Below are positions 9,487 through 20,759 of a stretch of 64,000 bases of DNA, one piece after another. Each line of letters begins with the position of its first letter. Position 1 is the stretch's first letter. The notes under the pieces are model-generated. The model was given only the letters and a program-made list of their open reading frames with translations. It searched no databases and was not told the DNA's origin. This DNA comes from an uncultured delta proteobacterium (GTDB taxonomy: Bacteria > Desulfobacterota > Syntrophia > Syntrophales > UBA2185). The stretch is taken from contig CAVOID010000009.1 in NCBI GenBank assembly GCA_963695875.1, forward strand, positions 160,001-224,000, given 5' to 3'. The position numbers and the translations under genes were made by a program.

Positions 9487-9513
9487 GACGAAAAAGAAAC
9501 GGAAAAGGATACA
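9487..9513 (-). promoter_or_regulatory. Putative ECF-sigma promoter of the CMD/AhpD-like gene
   Basis: TGTATCC-N16-CGTC on the minus strand, ~55 bp upstream of the start. Confidence 0.5.
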
Positions 9514-9786
9514 AAAAATCACACCCTATGGCCTAAAACCAGCCTATCTTTCATTATGTATTTTTCGTTTATTTCTGGTTGATATGTGTGATGTCTTCCC
9601 CCACCTATTCTATTCCACCATGAATTTAGTTATACGCATGACTTACCTTGACACGAAGTCATCTCACTGACAAAATACGCAATAACTTCGAGAGAGCCTC
9701 TTACCCCGTAATCGTCCTTTATAGCCATGGGAGGAAGGCTAAATTTCATACAGTCAAAATCCATTATCGGAAAGGAAAGTCCATCA

Positions 9787-11738
9787 ATGAACGAGATTAA
9801 ACGTTCCCTGTGGAATCGATTTGTCACTATCGCCCAGCCTTATTTTTTCCCCACTGTTCGCGGCGGAAGCTGGTATATGCTCCTTCTTTTATTGATGCTG
9901 CTTATTTTTCTCTTCGGCGTCCTATTCATGGTTGTCGCAGGAATTACCATGACAGGAAGCCTCTTCGCACCTTCCCTGACAGCCAAAGTAGCATCCGGAC
10001 TGTTATCCCTGATCCAGTATATCTTCCACACCAATGCCTGGATGATTGTCGCCGGTACACTGGTCATTCCTGCCGCCTGCTTTATGCTCTTTGCTCCACA
10101 GTTGCGCGCCCGCAAGCGGGCGTGGACGCTCCTTGCCGTTGTTCTTCTCCTTTCCTTTTCCGTGACGGGGATCAACGTTGCCTTCAGCTATATCGGCAAC
10201 TACTTCACCAACGCCCTAGTCAAGAAAAATCAGGACATGGCGTATCTGTTCGTCGCCGTCTATTTCTGCGGCTTCCTTGTAGGAATTCCTATCGTGGCGT
10301 TATACGGCTACGTACAGAATTATCTGGGATTGCGCTGGCGGGAATGGATGACCGGAGAGTTTCTCAATAACTATTTTAAGAACCGCAACTATTATGAGAT
10401 TGAGATAAGCTCAAAGATAGACAACCCCGATCAGCGTATCATGGAAGACATTCGTTCGTTTACCCGGACTTCTCTCGTCTTTCTCCTGATTTTACTGGGT
10501 TCTCTGATGGATCTCGCTTCCTTTACAGGGATTCTCTGGTCGAAATCGGTTCTCCTTGTCGTCGTCGTCCTGGGCTACTCTTTAGTGGGCAGTGTCCTCA
10601 CTGTCCTGATAGGACGGCGGCTTGTCCGCTTGAACTTCAATCAGCTCCGGTACGAGGCGGATTTCCGCTACTCCCTTGTGCATGTGCGCGATAACGCCGA
10701 GTCGATTGCCTTTTATCAGGGCGAGAAACCGGAGGTCGCCCACATCGGAGAGCGTTTCCGCAACGTATTGAGAAACTTCGGCCTCCTCATCGGCTGGCAG
10801 CGGAACCTGTCGTTTTTCACGACGGCATACAGCTACCTCCCTGTGGTCCTGCCATTTCTCGTGCTGTTTCCCCAGTACTTCGGCGGCGAAATCGAATACG
10901 GCGACATGGTCCAGGCCAATTTCGCTTTCACCCAGGTATATGCGTCGCTCTCCCTCATCGTCTCTCAAATGGAACAGCTAACGAATTTTGCCGCGGGTGT
11001 GCAGCGACTGTCAACCTTTGCCGACATTACGACACCGGAGCTGGCGCCTGTTCCCGGCATCAAGTCTCAAGATGCCGACCGGTTTGCCCTTAATAATCTC
11101 ACCCTCCTTACGCCGAGCAGGAATCGCAAGCTCATCAATGATTTGACCGTGGATTTAAAAAGGGTGACAACATGGTCGTTGTCGGTCAGAGCGGCGTAGG
11201 GAAGAGTTCCCTCCTCAGGGCGATCGCCGGCTTGTGGACACAGGGCGCGGGCGAGATCGAGCGGCCGCCTCTGTCTGATATTTTCTTTCTCCCGCAAAGA
11301 CCCTACATGCTGCTTGGATCGCTGCGGGATCAGCTGCTCTACCCCCGATTGGAAAGGCAGGTCTCGGAAGAGGAATTACAACGTGTCCTGGAGACGGTCA
11401 GACTTGGGGATCTGTCGGAGCGGGTGGGTGGATTCGATGTGGAATTGGATTGGGCCGATGTCCTTTCTCTGGGCGAACAGCAGAGATTAGCCTTTGCCCG
11501 GCTGCTGATGAACCAGCCCAGGTATGCCGTCATGGACGAAGCGACGAGCGCCCTTGATCTGGAGAATGAGGCCAACCTCTACCGAAAATTAAATGAATTG
11601 GATATCCACTATATCAGTGTCGGCCATCGCACCAGTATCCTGGATTACCATAACCGTGTGCTGGAGCTGCAGGGACAGGAGAAGTGGCGATTGATGCCCG
11701 TTCCAGAGTACCGGGCATCAATGAGTATCACGGCATAA
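9787..11738 (+). CDS. ABCD-type (YddA/BacA-like) fused permease and ATP-binding protein; frameshift at ~11160
   Basis: IDNPDQRI and EADFRYSLVHVRDNAESIAFY, then Walker A GQSGVGKSS, LSLGEQQR and MDEATSALD in another frame. One extra A in TTTAAAAAGGG joins the frames. Confidence 0.9.
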
Positions 11739-11894
11739 ATGTGACTTTGTGTGCCATGGCTTCAAACAGAATTCATTACATCGGTTGATATGGCAGACGG
11801 GAGGGAGGCTTGTCCTGTCGGTAGGTAGGTCGGACGTCTTGCCCGACACTATCTATTGTTTGATAGCGAATTGGTATCGTTTTGGCCGGGGCAC

Positions 11895-14420
11895 TTAATA
11901 GTTTATTTTTTGATAAAATATTTTCTTTACCAGTTCCGCCATTAAGATATAAAGCACCACAATAAGGCCCATCATTACGAGAAAAGATGCAGGCAGGGGT
12001 ATAAACCCGAAAATCTCTCCGACAGGTGTGAAGGGAAAGATAAGCGTGACAAGAACGACAGCAATTGTGGCGACAGATAGATACTTCCCCGGCCGGCTCT
12101 TAAAGAAAGGCCTTCTGCTGCGGATCACCAGCACGATGATTGAGGCAGAAATCACAGACTCCATAAACCACCCCGTCCTGAACTGGTCGGGTGTGGCATG
12201 GAGGATCAGCAAGAGAACCCCGAAAGTGAGATAATCAAAAACCGAACTTACCAGGCCGAAGGTTAACATGAATTTCCGGATAAAAGCAATATTCCAGCTT
12301 CTGGGTTGATCCACCATCTCACCGTCTACATGATCCGTGGCAATGGTCATTTCCGGAAAATCCGTCATCAGATTGGTCAGCAGTATCTGTTTGGGCAGCA
12401 GGGGGAGAAAGGAGAGAAAGAGCGACGCTCCGGCCATGCTGAACATGTTCCCGAAATTGGCACTGGTCGCCATAAAGACATATTTTAAAGTGTTGGCAAA
12501 TGTCGTTCTCCCTTCCCTCACACCTTGTATTAAGACAGCCAGATTTTTTTCCAGGAGTACGATATCCGCAGATTCTTTGGCTACGTCAACCGCGGTGTCC
12601 ACGGAAATGCCTACGTCCGCTGCGTGAAGCGCGGATGCGTCATTGATTCCGTCCCCCATATATCCTACAACATGCCCTGCCTTCCGGAGTGCAATGATAA
12701 TGCGCTCTTTCTGATTGGGCTCTACCTCTGCGAAGATGTCCGTCTCCTTTACTTTCAGCAAAAGAGCCTCATTGCTTATTTCGCGGAGTTCACTTCCGGT
12801 AATGATTTTTGCATCCCGTATCCCCACATCCTTGCTCACCTTGGCGGCGACGAGGCGGTTGTCCCCGGAAATAATTTTCAGAGAAACACCGAGCTTATTG
12901 AGGACAGCAATCGTTTTGGCAATCCCCGCTTTCGGCGGATCGAAAAAAACCAGAAAGCCGAGAAAAGTCATATCCTCCTCATGATCCTTATTGATGGACG
13001 GCTCTGCACCCCTGTCCCGATAAGCGATTCCCAAGACACGAAAGCCCTGGTTGCTGAGCGTCTCAAATCTCTGCTGGATCTGCTGATTTACCGAAGTCAT
13101 ATCAACTTTATCGCCAGAAGGAGTCTCTGCCGTTGAACAGACGGCAAGCACCTTGGGAAGAGTGCCCTTGGTGACCATTAAATACCTGCCGTCCTTTGCC
13201 ACCAGGATACTCAACCGCTTGCGGATGAAGTCATAAGGGACCTCATCCGCCTTTTCATATCCGGCAATATCCGGTTGTTTGTAAGAACGGATCGCTTCAT
13301 CGATAGGATTGGAGAAGCCCTGTTTCAAAGAAGGCATTCAGGTAGGCATGAAGGAAGACCCGGTCGCTGGGATTGCCTTCGATATCTAATGCCGAATGCA
13401 GACGTACTTTCCCTTCGGTCAGGGTTCCTGTCTTGTCCGAGCAGAGGACATCCATGCTCCCGAAATTCTCGATAGCGGCCAGCCGCTTCACAATGACCTT
13501 TTGCTTTGCCATTTTCTTGGCGCCATGGGCCAGATTGATGCTGATAATAGCAGGCAGCAATTGCGGGGTCAGCCCCACTGCCAGAGCCAGAGAAAAAAGA
13601 AACGATTCCAGAACGGGCCGGTGGAAATAGACATTGACGGCAAAAATCAGGAAAACCAGGGCCAGTGTAACTTCCAGCAGCAAAAACCCGAATTGCCGGA
13701 TGCCGTGTTCAAATTCCGTTTCCTGGGGTCTTAGTTTTAGCCTTTCCGATATTTTGCCGAATTCTGCCTGCTTCCCGGTGAAAACCACAACGGCCCTGGC
13801 CGTACCGCTGATTACATGGGTTCCCATAAAGAGGCAGTTGGTGCGCCCGCTGAGAGGTGTTTCCGCCGGCAATAGACCGGCCTCCTTCTCGACGGGGTAG
13901 GTTTCACCAGTCAGGGTTGCCTCATCCACAAAGAGATCTTTTGCTTCTAAAATCAGGCTGTCTGCGGGGATGGCATCTCCGGCATTCAAGATAACGACGT
14001 CTCCCGGAACGACATCTTCCAAGGCATATGTCTGCATGATTTTTGTCACGAAGAACAGTCGTCTTGATCCGGACTATGGCCAGGAGCTTTTCGACGGCAT
14101 CGACGGCGCCCCGTTCCTGCCAGAATCCCAAGGAGGCCGCTGACCAGAACGATAAAAAGAATAATAACGGCATCCACGTGGTCTTGAAGGAAGAAAGATA
14201 ACCCGGCAGCAAAAATAAGCGTGAGGATAATGGGATTTTTAAATTGGGCAAGAAGCAGCGCCGCCGTATCGGACCGTTTCGGCGGCTTGAGCAGGTTAGC
14301 GCCATAATTGATCAGCCGCCGCCTGGCCTCCTCGCTGCTCAATCCTTCCTGCTGAGATTCAAGCTGAGTCAGTAAATCAGCCTGCGGTATGTTCCAGAAA
14401 TTGGTTGGTTGTTGGATCAT
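11895..14420 (-). CDS. mgtA: Magnesium-translocating P-type ATPase; three frameshifts (~14128, ~14027, ~13319)
   Basis: LTGE, AVGLTPQLLP, CSDKTGTLT, GDGINDA and TSANFGNMFS motifs spread over four overlapping ORFs. Confidence 0.9.
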
Positions 14421-14485
14421 TAGGCTTTCCAATCGTCATGACGGACTGATGGTTCTCCAAAACAGGTGCGATAATTACAGGGTGA

Positions 14486-15004
14486 TTAATCCGCCACAGT
14501 CTCAATAGACAAATCTACATCTTCCAATGTAGGTTTCGCGGGACTCCAGCGAAATTTCCAATGAGAGGTTGCGGTGCGCACAGGGGTGGCAATGTCCGAA
14601 GACTGGTATTCCACCCATATGGTCAGATCAAACCACCAGTTAAGGATTGCCTTATAGCCCCAAAAGTGAACCTTGCTGGCCACGCCCGGGTGCTCAGCAA
14701 GCAACAGGTCGTGCATGTCCCACTTTAATGTCCCTCCGGGCGGAAGCGATCCCACAGTCTTGGTCCGGGAGAGTGCCTCGGTTATATCTTGAACCGATCC
14801 TCCTTCCTGGGCAAGCGTGGCATGAGGTATAAACCCGACAACTGTCGCATTGCTGGCATTTCTTATCGAAAGTATCGCTCTGTTGAAAGGTATCTCCCTG
14901 CCCCCGGTCACGCTGAGTTTTGAAGGGACCGGTATCAGAGAAATCTCCAGGTTGAGTTCTTGTCCTTTCACCTGTCCGTTCCTATCTGTTATATTTGGAT
15001 TCAT
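14486..15004 (-). CDS. Hypothetical protein
   Basis: 172-aa ORF with GGAAGGG RBS. No family recognised. Confidence 0.65.
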   Translation of the reverse strand: MNPNITDRNGQVKGQELNLEISLIPVPSKLSVTGGREIPFNRAILSIRNASNATVVGFIPHATLAQEGGSVQDITEALSRTKTVGSLPPGGTLKWDMHDLLLAEHPGVASKVHFWGYKAILNWWFDLTIWVEYQSSDIATPVRTATSHWKFRWSPAKPTLEDVDLSIETVAD

Positions 15005-15152
15005 GGTCCCTTCCTTTCTATCTTACTTGTCCCTTCTTGCATGGATAGTGTAAAAGAAGAAAATTGATACGTCAATCAAGAAAATTTTTGCAGCCTCCCC
15101 GTATCCCCGCCTCCGAGGACAGGCTTGCCATGAGGGTATCCAGTCAGTTATT

Positions 15153-15262
15153 GTCATTCCGGGCGTGACCCAGAATTCACTAACAAGCGCGATCCTGACT
15201 CCTACCTGTCATCCTGTACCTGATAAACCGACCCCGTACCTGATACGGGGGGGGTCCAGTTC
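15153..15262. repeat. Degenerate REP-like palindromic repeat cluster
   Basis: GTCATTCCGGGCGTGACCCAGAATTC and CCCCGTACCTGATACGGGG hairpins. Related to 19878-19962. Confidence 0.55.
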
Positions 15263-15478
15263 TCTTAATCTTTCATTCCGTCCTATGGTTTTACGAAAAA
15301 CCCCTTGACCGATTCTATATTCAGGTATACTTTTCACTTAAATTTCAAGCGGATATTGAGGACAATATTGCGACACTCTTTTGATTCATAGCTAAGAGGG
15401 ATAAATGAATGTACCGATTCACGCAACCCTGTTTCTTAAAAGAGAGCGGGGTTTTGTATTTTCATCAGTAAAGAGGTG

Positions 15479-15619
15479 ATGGCCACAGAAGGAAATCTCC
15501 CAAAGAAGACCTTTGAATATAATTTGATGAAGCTCAAGGTAAAAGGGCTGATTAAACGTATCGGACTTAACAGTGTGGGCATTGGGAAATTGTGGATAGC
15601 CGACATAACGGGGCCGTGA
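15479..15619 (+). pseudogene. Remnant of a C-terminal winged-helix domain
   Basis: TFEYNLMKLKVKGLIKRIG, then GHWEIVD in a shifted frame. Matches the RIGxxxGGHWEV wHTH tail seen on RecG-like and Fic proteins. Confidence 0.45.
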
Positions 15620-15638
15620 GCACAGAATGGGGGAGAAA

Positions 15639-17366
15639 ATGACAGCAACATTTAACAACTATCTACAGGCGGAAGTCAAGCAAATTAGTCAACGCGAACG
15701 GCTTACCGGTGACCAAGCTTTCTTATTCTGGTTTGCAATCACCATTCTAGAGTTGTCCGAAGACGATGCCCGTGAGGCAATATCTATAGCAGGAGCTAAT
15801 GATAAAGGAATTGATCTTTTTTGGGTAGATGATGACGAGGGCCGTGTCGTTATCGCGCAAGGCAAGTATTCTGTCAAACTTGCATCAAAACCTAAGATAG
15901 CACACATCTCTAAGCTGGAAAGTAGTCTAAACTGGCTTGCCAATTCAGAGGCTTTGCGGCGTGACGGCAAAGCCGACCTTGCACAGGCAGCCGATGACTA
16001 TATAGAGGCAGTAAAACAAGGCTACGGTGTGGAACTGTGGTTCATTTATGCTGGTGCAAAATGTGCGAACATCGATAAACATATCAGTGTGTATAATCAG
16101 AATAAAGATAACATCGAGAAAAGGCGAACGTTTAGACATTACCATATTGATCTCCTGCGGGCCACGTGGGAAGAGCTGGAAGGCAAATCCCGGCGAATTG
16201 ACACTGAAGAAATCACCATAATTGATAGAAACTCCCTGCCTTTTAAAGGCGCATTTGGAAAGGCCATGGTAGCAACAGTTCAAGGCAGAGAGATTGTCCG
16301 ACTGTATGAAAAATATGAGGAGCGTCTCTTTGATAGAAACGTGAGATTGTTCTTAGGTGTAAGAAAAGGTTCAGTTAATGCTGGAATTGCAGAGACATTG
16401 CGCAACAAATCAGAGTGCGGTAATTTTTGGGCATACAATAACGGTCTTACCGTTATCTGCGATGATTTCGCGCCTGACAAGTTGAAAGTCAAACTTATTA
16501 ACTTCAGTATTGTGAACGGATGTCAGACTGCTGTCTCTCTCACGCAAGCGCAAAAAAGTAACGTGAGCGATGTAGCAGTTCTTGTTAGATTTGTCGCTGC
16601 CCGAGCAGGAATCGTTGATGATATTATTAGGTATACCAATTCGCAAAACCCTATAAGGACATGGGACATCGCGTCACAAGATCGAACACAGCGAAGATTG
16701 CAAGCCGGTTTTGAAAAACTTTCCAAGCCATTCATCTATTTGACACGACGAGGTTCTCGTCCTAAAGGTGCCTTAAGTAAGTATCGAGAAGGTGGAAAAT
16801 TAAGGCAGATACGAGTTGATATTATGGGCCAGTATGCAGCAGCTTTTCGTGAGGATGCTGTCCTTGCGTACAAGCACAAGGCTTTCATTTTTTCTAAATA
16901 TCATGATGATGTTTTTCCGCCAGATGTTAGAGTTGAAGAGGTCCTGCTTCAATGGATATGTGGTGATCTTGTAAGAGAAGTAGTTCAAGAAGCAATGGTA
17001 TCGAAGAAAGAGGCCGAGCTGCGCATCTTGAAGAAGGGTGGGACTCTTTTTGTACTCGCAACAATGTCAAAAATCCTGTCTTTGCGCAATGGCGCAACAT
17101 ACTTAAGCAATTGTTCAGAGTCTGCAATACTAAGTAAGGCAATGCTATCTCGCCTTCGCAAATATGCTGAGTACGCAAGAGACGCATACATCCAAGCTGT
17201 AATGGATCAAAGCGAACTTGAGGAGGCGGAGTTGGCTACATTAGTCAGACAGCCCGATTTTTTCAAAAAGGTCGTGGACCGTATAGGGCGACAGTATGAA
17301 AAAGATGCCCGCGCAAGCAGTTGGCTGAAAGAAGCACTTCCTCCTATTAACCTGAAAGGCAATTAG
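15639..17366 (+). CDS. AIPR family protein (abortive infection phage resistance)
   Basis: N-terminal DKGIDLF...AQGKY, then LFDRNVRLFLG, FWAYNNGLT, IVNGCQT and YTNSQN AIPR motifs. Confidence 0.9.
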   Translation: MTATFNNYLQAEVKQISQRERLTGDQAFLFWFAITILELSEDDAREAISIAGANDKGIDLFWVDDDEGRVVIAQGKYSVKLASKPKIAHISKLESSLNWLANSEALRRDGKADLAQAADDYIEAVKQGYGVELWFIYAGAKCANIDKHISVYNQNKDNIEKRRTFRHYHIDLLRATWEELEGKSRRIDTEEITIIDRNSLPFKGAFGKAMVATVQGREIVRLYEKYEERLFDRNVRLFLGVRKGSVNAGIAETLRNKSECGNFWAYNNGLTVICDDFAPDKLKVKLINFSIVNGCQTAVSLTQAQKSNVSDVAVLVRFVAARAGIVDDIIRYTNSQNPIRTWDIASQDRTQRRLQAGFEKLSKPFIYLTRRGSRPKGALSKYREGGKLRQIRVDIMGQYAAAFREDAVLAYKHKAFIFSKYHDDVFPPDVRVEEVLLQWICGDLVREVVQEAMVSKKEAELRILKKGGTLFVLATMSKILSLRNGATYLSNCSESAILSKAMLSRLRKYAEYARDAYIQAVMDQSELEEAELATLVRQPDFFKKVVDRIGRQYEKDARASSWLKEALPPINLKGN

Positions 17367-17511
17367 ATCCCATATATCTGCAGAAGAAATGAAAAAAAGG
17401 TGCGTGTCCGGAACAGTTAAAAACCGTTCAAGTACCAAGCGCCGTTTCGTATCAAAGAAGAAATGACGATGTAAGTCATTCGAATTTATCTAAAAACGGA
17501 AGGAGACTCCA

Positions 17512-18087
17512 ATGAAAGTAGTAGCTCTAAACGGAAGTGCCCGCAAAGACGGCAATACGGCAATTCTTATCAATACGGTTTTCGACGAGCTGAAAAAAGA
17601 AGGAATAGAGACGGAAATGATTCAGCTCGCGGGAAATCCCATAGCGGGTTGCATAGCCTGTTACAAGTGTTTTAAAAACAAGAATCGTCGGTGCTCGGTT
17701 GATAAAGACATACTTAATGATTGCATTGCAAAGATGGAGAAAGCTGAGGGGATATTGCTGGGATCACCGACATATTTTTCCGATGTCTCGTCGGGCATGC
17801 GGGCATTCATCGAGCGATGCGGCTTTGTTTCGCGGGCCAACGATTATATGTTCAAGTACAAGGTCGGGGCCGGGGTTGTCGCCGTGCGCCGGGCCGGTGC
17901 AATCCCCGCGTTCAACTCCATGATGCTCTTTCTGCATTACATGCAGATGATGATCCCGGGCTCCAGTTACTGGAATTTGGCTATCGGAAGGGACCCCGGC
18001 GATGTGTTGAAAGATGACGAAGGGATTCAAACCATGAAGACCCTCGGGCAAAACATGGCATGGCTTCTCAAAAAAATCCATGGATGA
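17512..18087 (+). CDS. Flavodoxin family / iron-sulfur flavoprotein (NADPH-dependent FMN reductase fold)
   Basis: NGSARKDGNT, CIACYKC-x6-C cluster, LGSPTYF. Confidence 0.9.
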   Translation: MKVVALNGSARKDGNTAILINTVFDELKKEGIETEMIQLAGNPIAGCIACYKCFKNKNRRCSVDKDILNDCIAKMEKAEGILLGSPTYFSDVSSGMRAFIERCGFVSRANDYMFKYKVGAGVVAVRRAGAIPAFNSMMLFLHYMQMMIPGSSYWNLAIGRDPGDVLKDDEGIQTMKTLGQNMAWLLKKIHG

Positions 18088-18099
18088 GATTCCGGCTGT

Positions 18100-18765
18100 T
18101 TAATCAGCCCACTTGACATATTCATCTATGTCAGCCCTTTTTCTTTCAAAGCTATTTATGGGGTAGCTCTGATCAGGATATCCCATGGCTACCCCTATGA
18201 CGATTCTCCGATCCTCGGGAATGGATAGGATTTTGCGCAACAGCTGTGGATATCCGACAGACATAGCCATAATGCAGGTCCCGATCCCTTTCTGATGGGC
18301 AGCAAGACATACAGTCTGCAAGATGAGGCCCACATCGAGCATAGCATATTCAATACGGGTATCCCTGGAAATACAGGCGACAATCAGACACGGCGCACCG
18401 AGAAGCGAGGCCATGTTTCCATATAATTTCTTGCGGGCTTCCTTGTCTTCGCGTTTGATATTTAAGGTCCTCAGAATGATTTCCCCAAGTTCGTCATACC
18501 TTCTTTTCAGGTGCGCAGGCCAGACTTCCGGCATGGGCACATCGGGGGTGAAAGGCTGATCATTGATAAACAAATTGTGATTTGCTTTCCTGAAATCCTC
18601 AAGCAGTTTTCCTGTCAGCACATAAAATTCCCACGGCTGCGTGTTGCCCCAGGATGGCGCCCAGCGCGCCGTCTCCAGGATTTCACGGATGATCTCCCGG
18701 GAAATCCCATCAGGTTTGAATTTCCTGATGCTCCGCCTATCTTTGATTGCAGCCCCTAATTCCAT
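18100..18765 (-). CDS. Nitroreductase family protein
   Basis: RRSIRKF, APSWGNTQPWEF, GIGTC motifs. Confidence 0.92.
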   Translation of the reverse strand: MELGAAIKDRRSIRKFKPDGISREIIREILETARWAPSWGNTQPWEFYVLTGKLLEDFRKANHNLFINDQPFTPDVPMPEVWPAHLKRRYDELGEIILRTLNIKREDKEARKKLYGNMASLLGAPCLIVACISRDTRIEYAMLDVGLILQTVCLAAHQKGIGTCIMAMSVGYPQLLRKILSIPEDRRIVIGVAMGYPDQSYPINSFERKRADIDEYVKWAD

Positions 18766-18987
18766 TTCAACATCCTCCCACGATTATTTTAATTATCCCT
18801 CTCGCACAGCCGATATAGAGGATTCCAGTTCTGCTTCGAACAAAGGTCCCTGCAAAAGGAGGTTAAACCAGGGACCGCTGTTCAGATAAGAAGATGAGGG
18901 GATAAGGATAACGACGCAGAATTTTGCTTTTTTCTAAAAAGAGCATACTAATTTCCCTCTATGCATATTAACTAAATTGAGATTTGC

Positions 18988-19326
18988 TCAATATTTCATC
19001 ACTCCCGCTAACTTTAGATTGGGCAGGAAAAAACCCGCGACGACAACGCTGCTTATGATCACGGCCCAGGCAATGTACTTCAGCATTTGCCGGGAATCAA
19101 ATTTTGTTTCAAGCTTCATGCCCGAAAAAATGAACCCGAGAGCGAGAAACACAACAACGATAATAACACCATGCGTTGTCCAGTGATGCCCCAGTGCCGC
19201 CTTCATGACACTCATGACAGCGTCATTCTTTTCCTTAATGACCAGGATAACAGCATTTAAGAAGCTCGTTACGACCAAAGAAATACCAAACCCGGCGGCA
19301 TATTTATCCATCAATGTATTCTCCAT
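18988..19326 (-). CDS. Hypothetical three-TM membrane protein with GHHWTTHG motif
   Basis: Three hydrophobic helices. GGAG RBS, 5 bp from the upstream gene. Confidence 0.75.
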   Translation of the reverse strand: MENTLMDKYAAGFGISLVVTSFLNAVILVIKEKNDAVMSVMKAALGHHWTTHGVIIVVVFLALGFIFSGMKLETKFDSRQMLKYIAWAVIISSVVVAGFFLPNLKLAGVMKY

Positions 19327-19331
19327 AGCTC

Positions 19332-19793
19332 CTACCTCCCCATAAGTCCCATGGTTACGCCTTTGCTGATGATCCCGCCGGCGCCTTCCATGAAAAAGCC
19401 CAATAAAACGATCAGCGCAGAAATCCCGAGAACCAGTTTTCGCTTCTGCTTCTCCATGAGGGGGACATTCCTATAGACAGCGATCGGCAGGTATATGGCA
19501 AGCAGTAACATTGCGAAAAAGATATGTTCCTTGACTTCCATGAAAAAATTATGGGCCCACGGCCATTGACCTGCTTTTATGATATCTCTGTCATGGCCGT
19601 AATAAACCACATACCAGTATCCGCCGATAAGATAGGCAAGGACAATAAACACGGCAACGGCCAGGCTTAATTTCTTTATCCTCTCAATATTGCCCTCATT
19701 GACATTCAAGACATCCACGAACAATGCGACAGCAAAGAGGATGCCAATGACGCCCAGTGCCACATGAGTCATCATTATTCCCTGGATAAACAT
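19332..19793 (-). CDS. Hypothetical four-TM membrane protein with His residues at helix ends
   Basis: GGAGGAG RBS. THVALG and WAHNFFMEVKEH segments. Confidence 0.8.
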   Translation of the reverse strand: MFIQGIMMTHVALGVIGILFAVALFVDVLNVNEGNIERIKKLSLAVAVFIVLAYLIGGYWYVVYYGHDRDIIKAGQWPWAHNFFMEVKEHIFFAMLLLAIYLPIAVYRNVPLMEKQKRKLVLGISALIVLLGFFMEGAGGIISKGVTMGLMGR

Positions 19794-19877
19794 AATCTCC
19801 CTCCCTTCCGGAAAACTTAATGTTGAATGCTTTTTTTGTTAAGCATTATTAGCCCTGCAAGCAAATTTATCAATTTG

Positions 19878-19962
19878 TCATTCCGGCGGAAGCTGGAATC
19901 TACTGAAAAGACTGGATGCCCCGTATCAAGTACGGGACAGGCTTATCATAGTTCGGCATGAC
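19878..19962. repeat. REP-like palindromic repeat unit
   Basis: GTCATTCCGGCGGAAGCTGGAATC...CCCCGTATCAAGTACGGGAC...GGCATGAC, with GTCAT/ATGAC inverted ends. Confidence 0.6.
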
Positions 19963-19987
19963 ATTAGACTTCGTGGATCTGTTCTCC

Positions 19988-20759
19988 TCATTGCTTGTTT
20001 CCTTCCTTCGGACCGAAGGTATACTGATAGGCAATATAAAAGTTGTAGTAGTTCGGACCGTAGATATCCTGGCCCCCAGCCAGCAGTATATGGTGGTTAT
20101 CCGTCAGGTTTATGATGGCGCCGACGGTGTAGCCCTTACTCTCGTCGATATCGGCCTTGCTTGCTGTCTTGTAGTAGAGCTCTACTCCAAGGGTCAGCTT
20201 GTTTAGTGATCTCCCGCTGTACCAGCCAGCCGAAATACCACCAGTCCCTGTTGTCCTCGCCGGAAGTAAACCAGTAGCCCCCTCCCCCGTAAGTCGTCCA
20301 CGGCCCCCAGCTCTTCTGGAACCACAGGGGCAGGAAAAACTGGGTCTTGCCGTTCCCCAGTCCTCTCGAAGACTCGCCGGTGGGAATTTCCAGCAGTGGA
20401 AATGTCCCCACTTGAGGAAAATACTTCGTTTCCTGAATGAAGCGGTACTTGATGCCAACTTCCGTATCTCCGTAACCATATTGTGACGCCTCCCCTTCCG
20501 GCTTTGCATACTGCATCGGGGCAATCAGATGGACCTGGACATTCGGCAGAGCGCCATAGTTCACCTCCACGTGGGGCAGCGTGGCGGAGTTCTGGTCCCG
20601 GTCATGGCTGTATTGCGAGCCGAGATATAATTCCCAGTGCTTGTATTCCACCGGTTCCGGATCATCGGTCTTAAATGGCGGGCCGGCCAAAGCAGCCCTT
20701 GGCATCAGTGCAAGAACAAGCCAAAGTGCCGCAACAGCGAATATGCTTATTCGTTTCAT
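19988..20759 (-). CDS. Putative outer-membrane beta-barrel channel (MetA-pathway/phenol degradation-like); frameshift at ~20205
   Basis: Signal peptide, GPPFKTDDPEP, alternating aromatic beta-strands, C-terminal YIAYQYTF in the second frame. Confidence 0.75.

Noticed and set aside
11150..11175. Programmed frameshift at TTTAAAAAGGG in the ABC transporter
   Set aside because: The run looks slippery, but it is indistinguishable from the many other homopolymer indels in this window.
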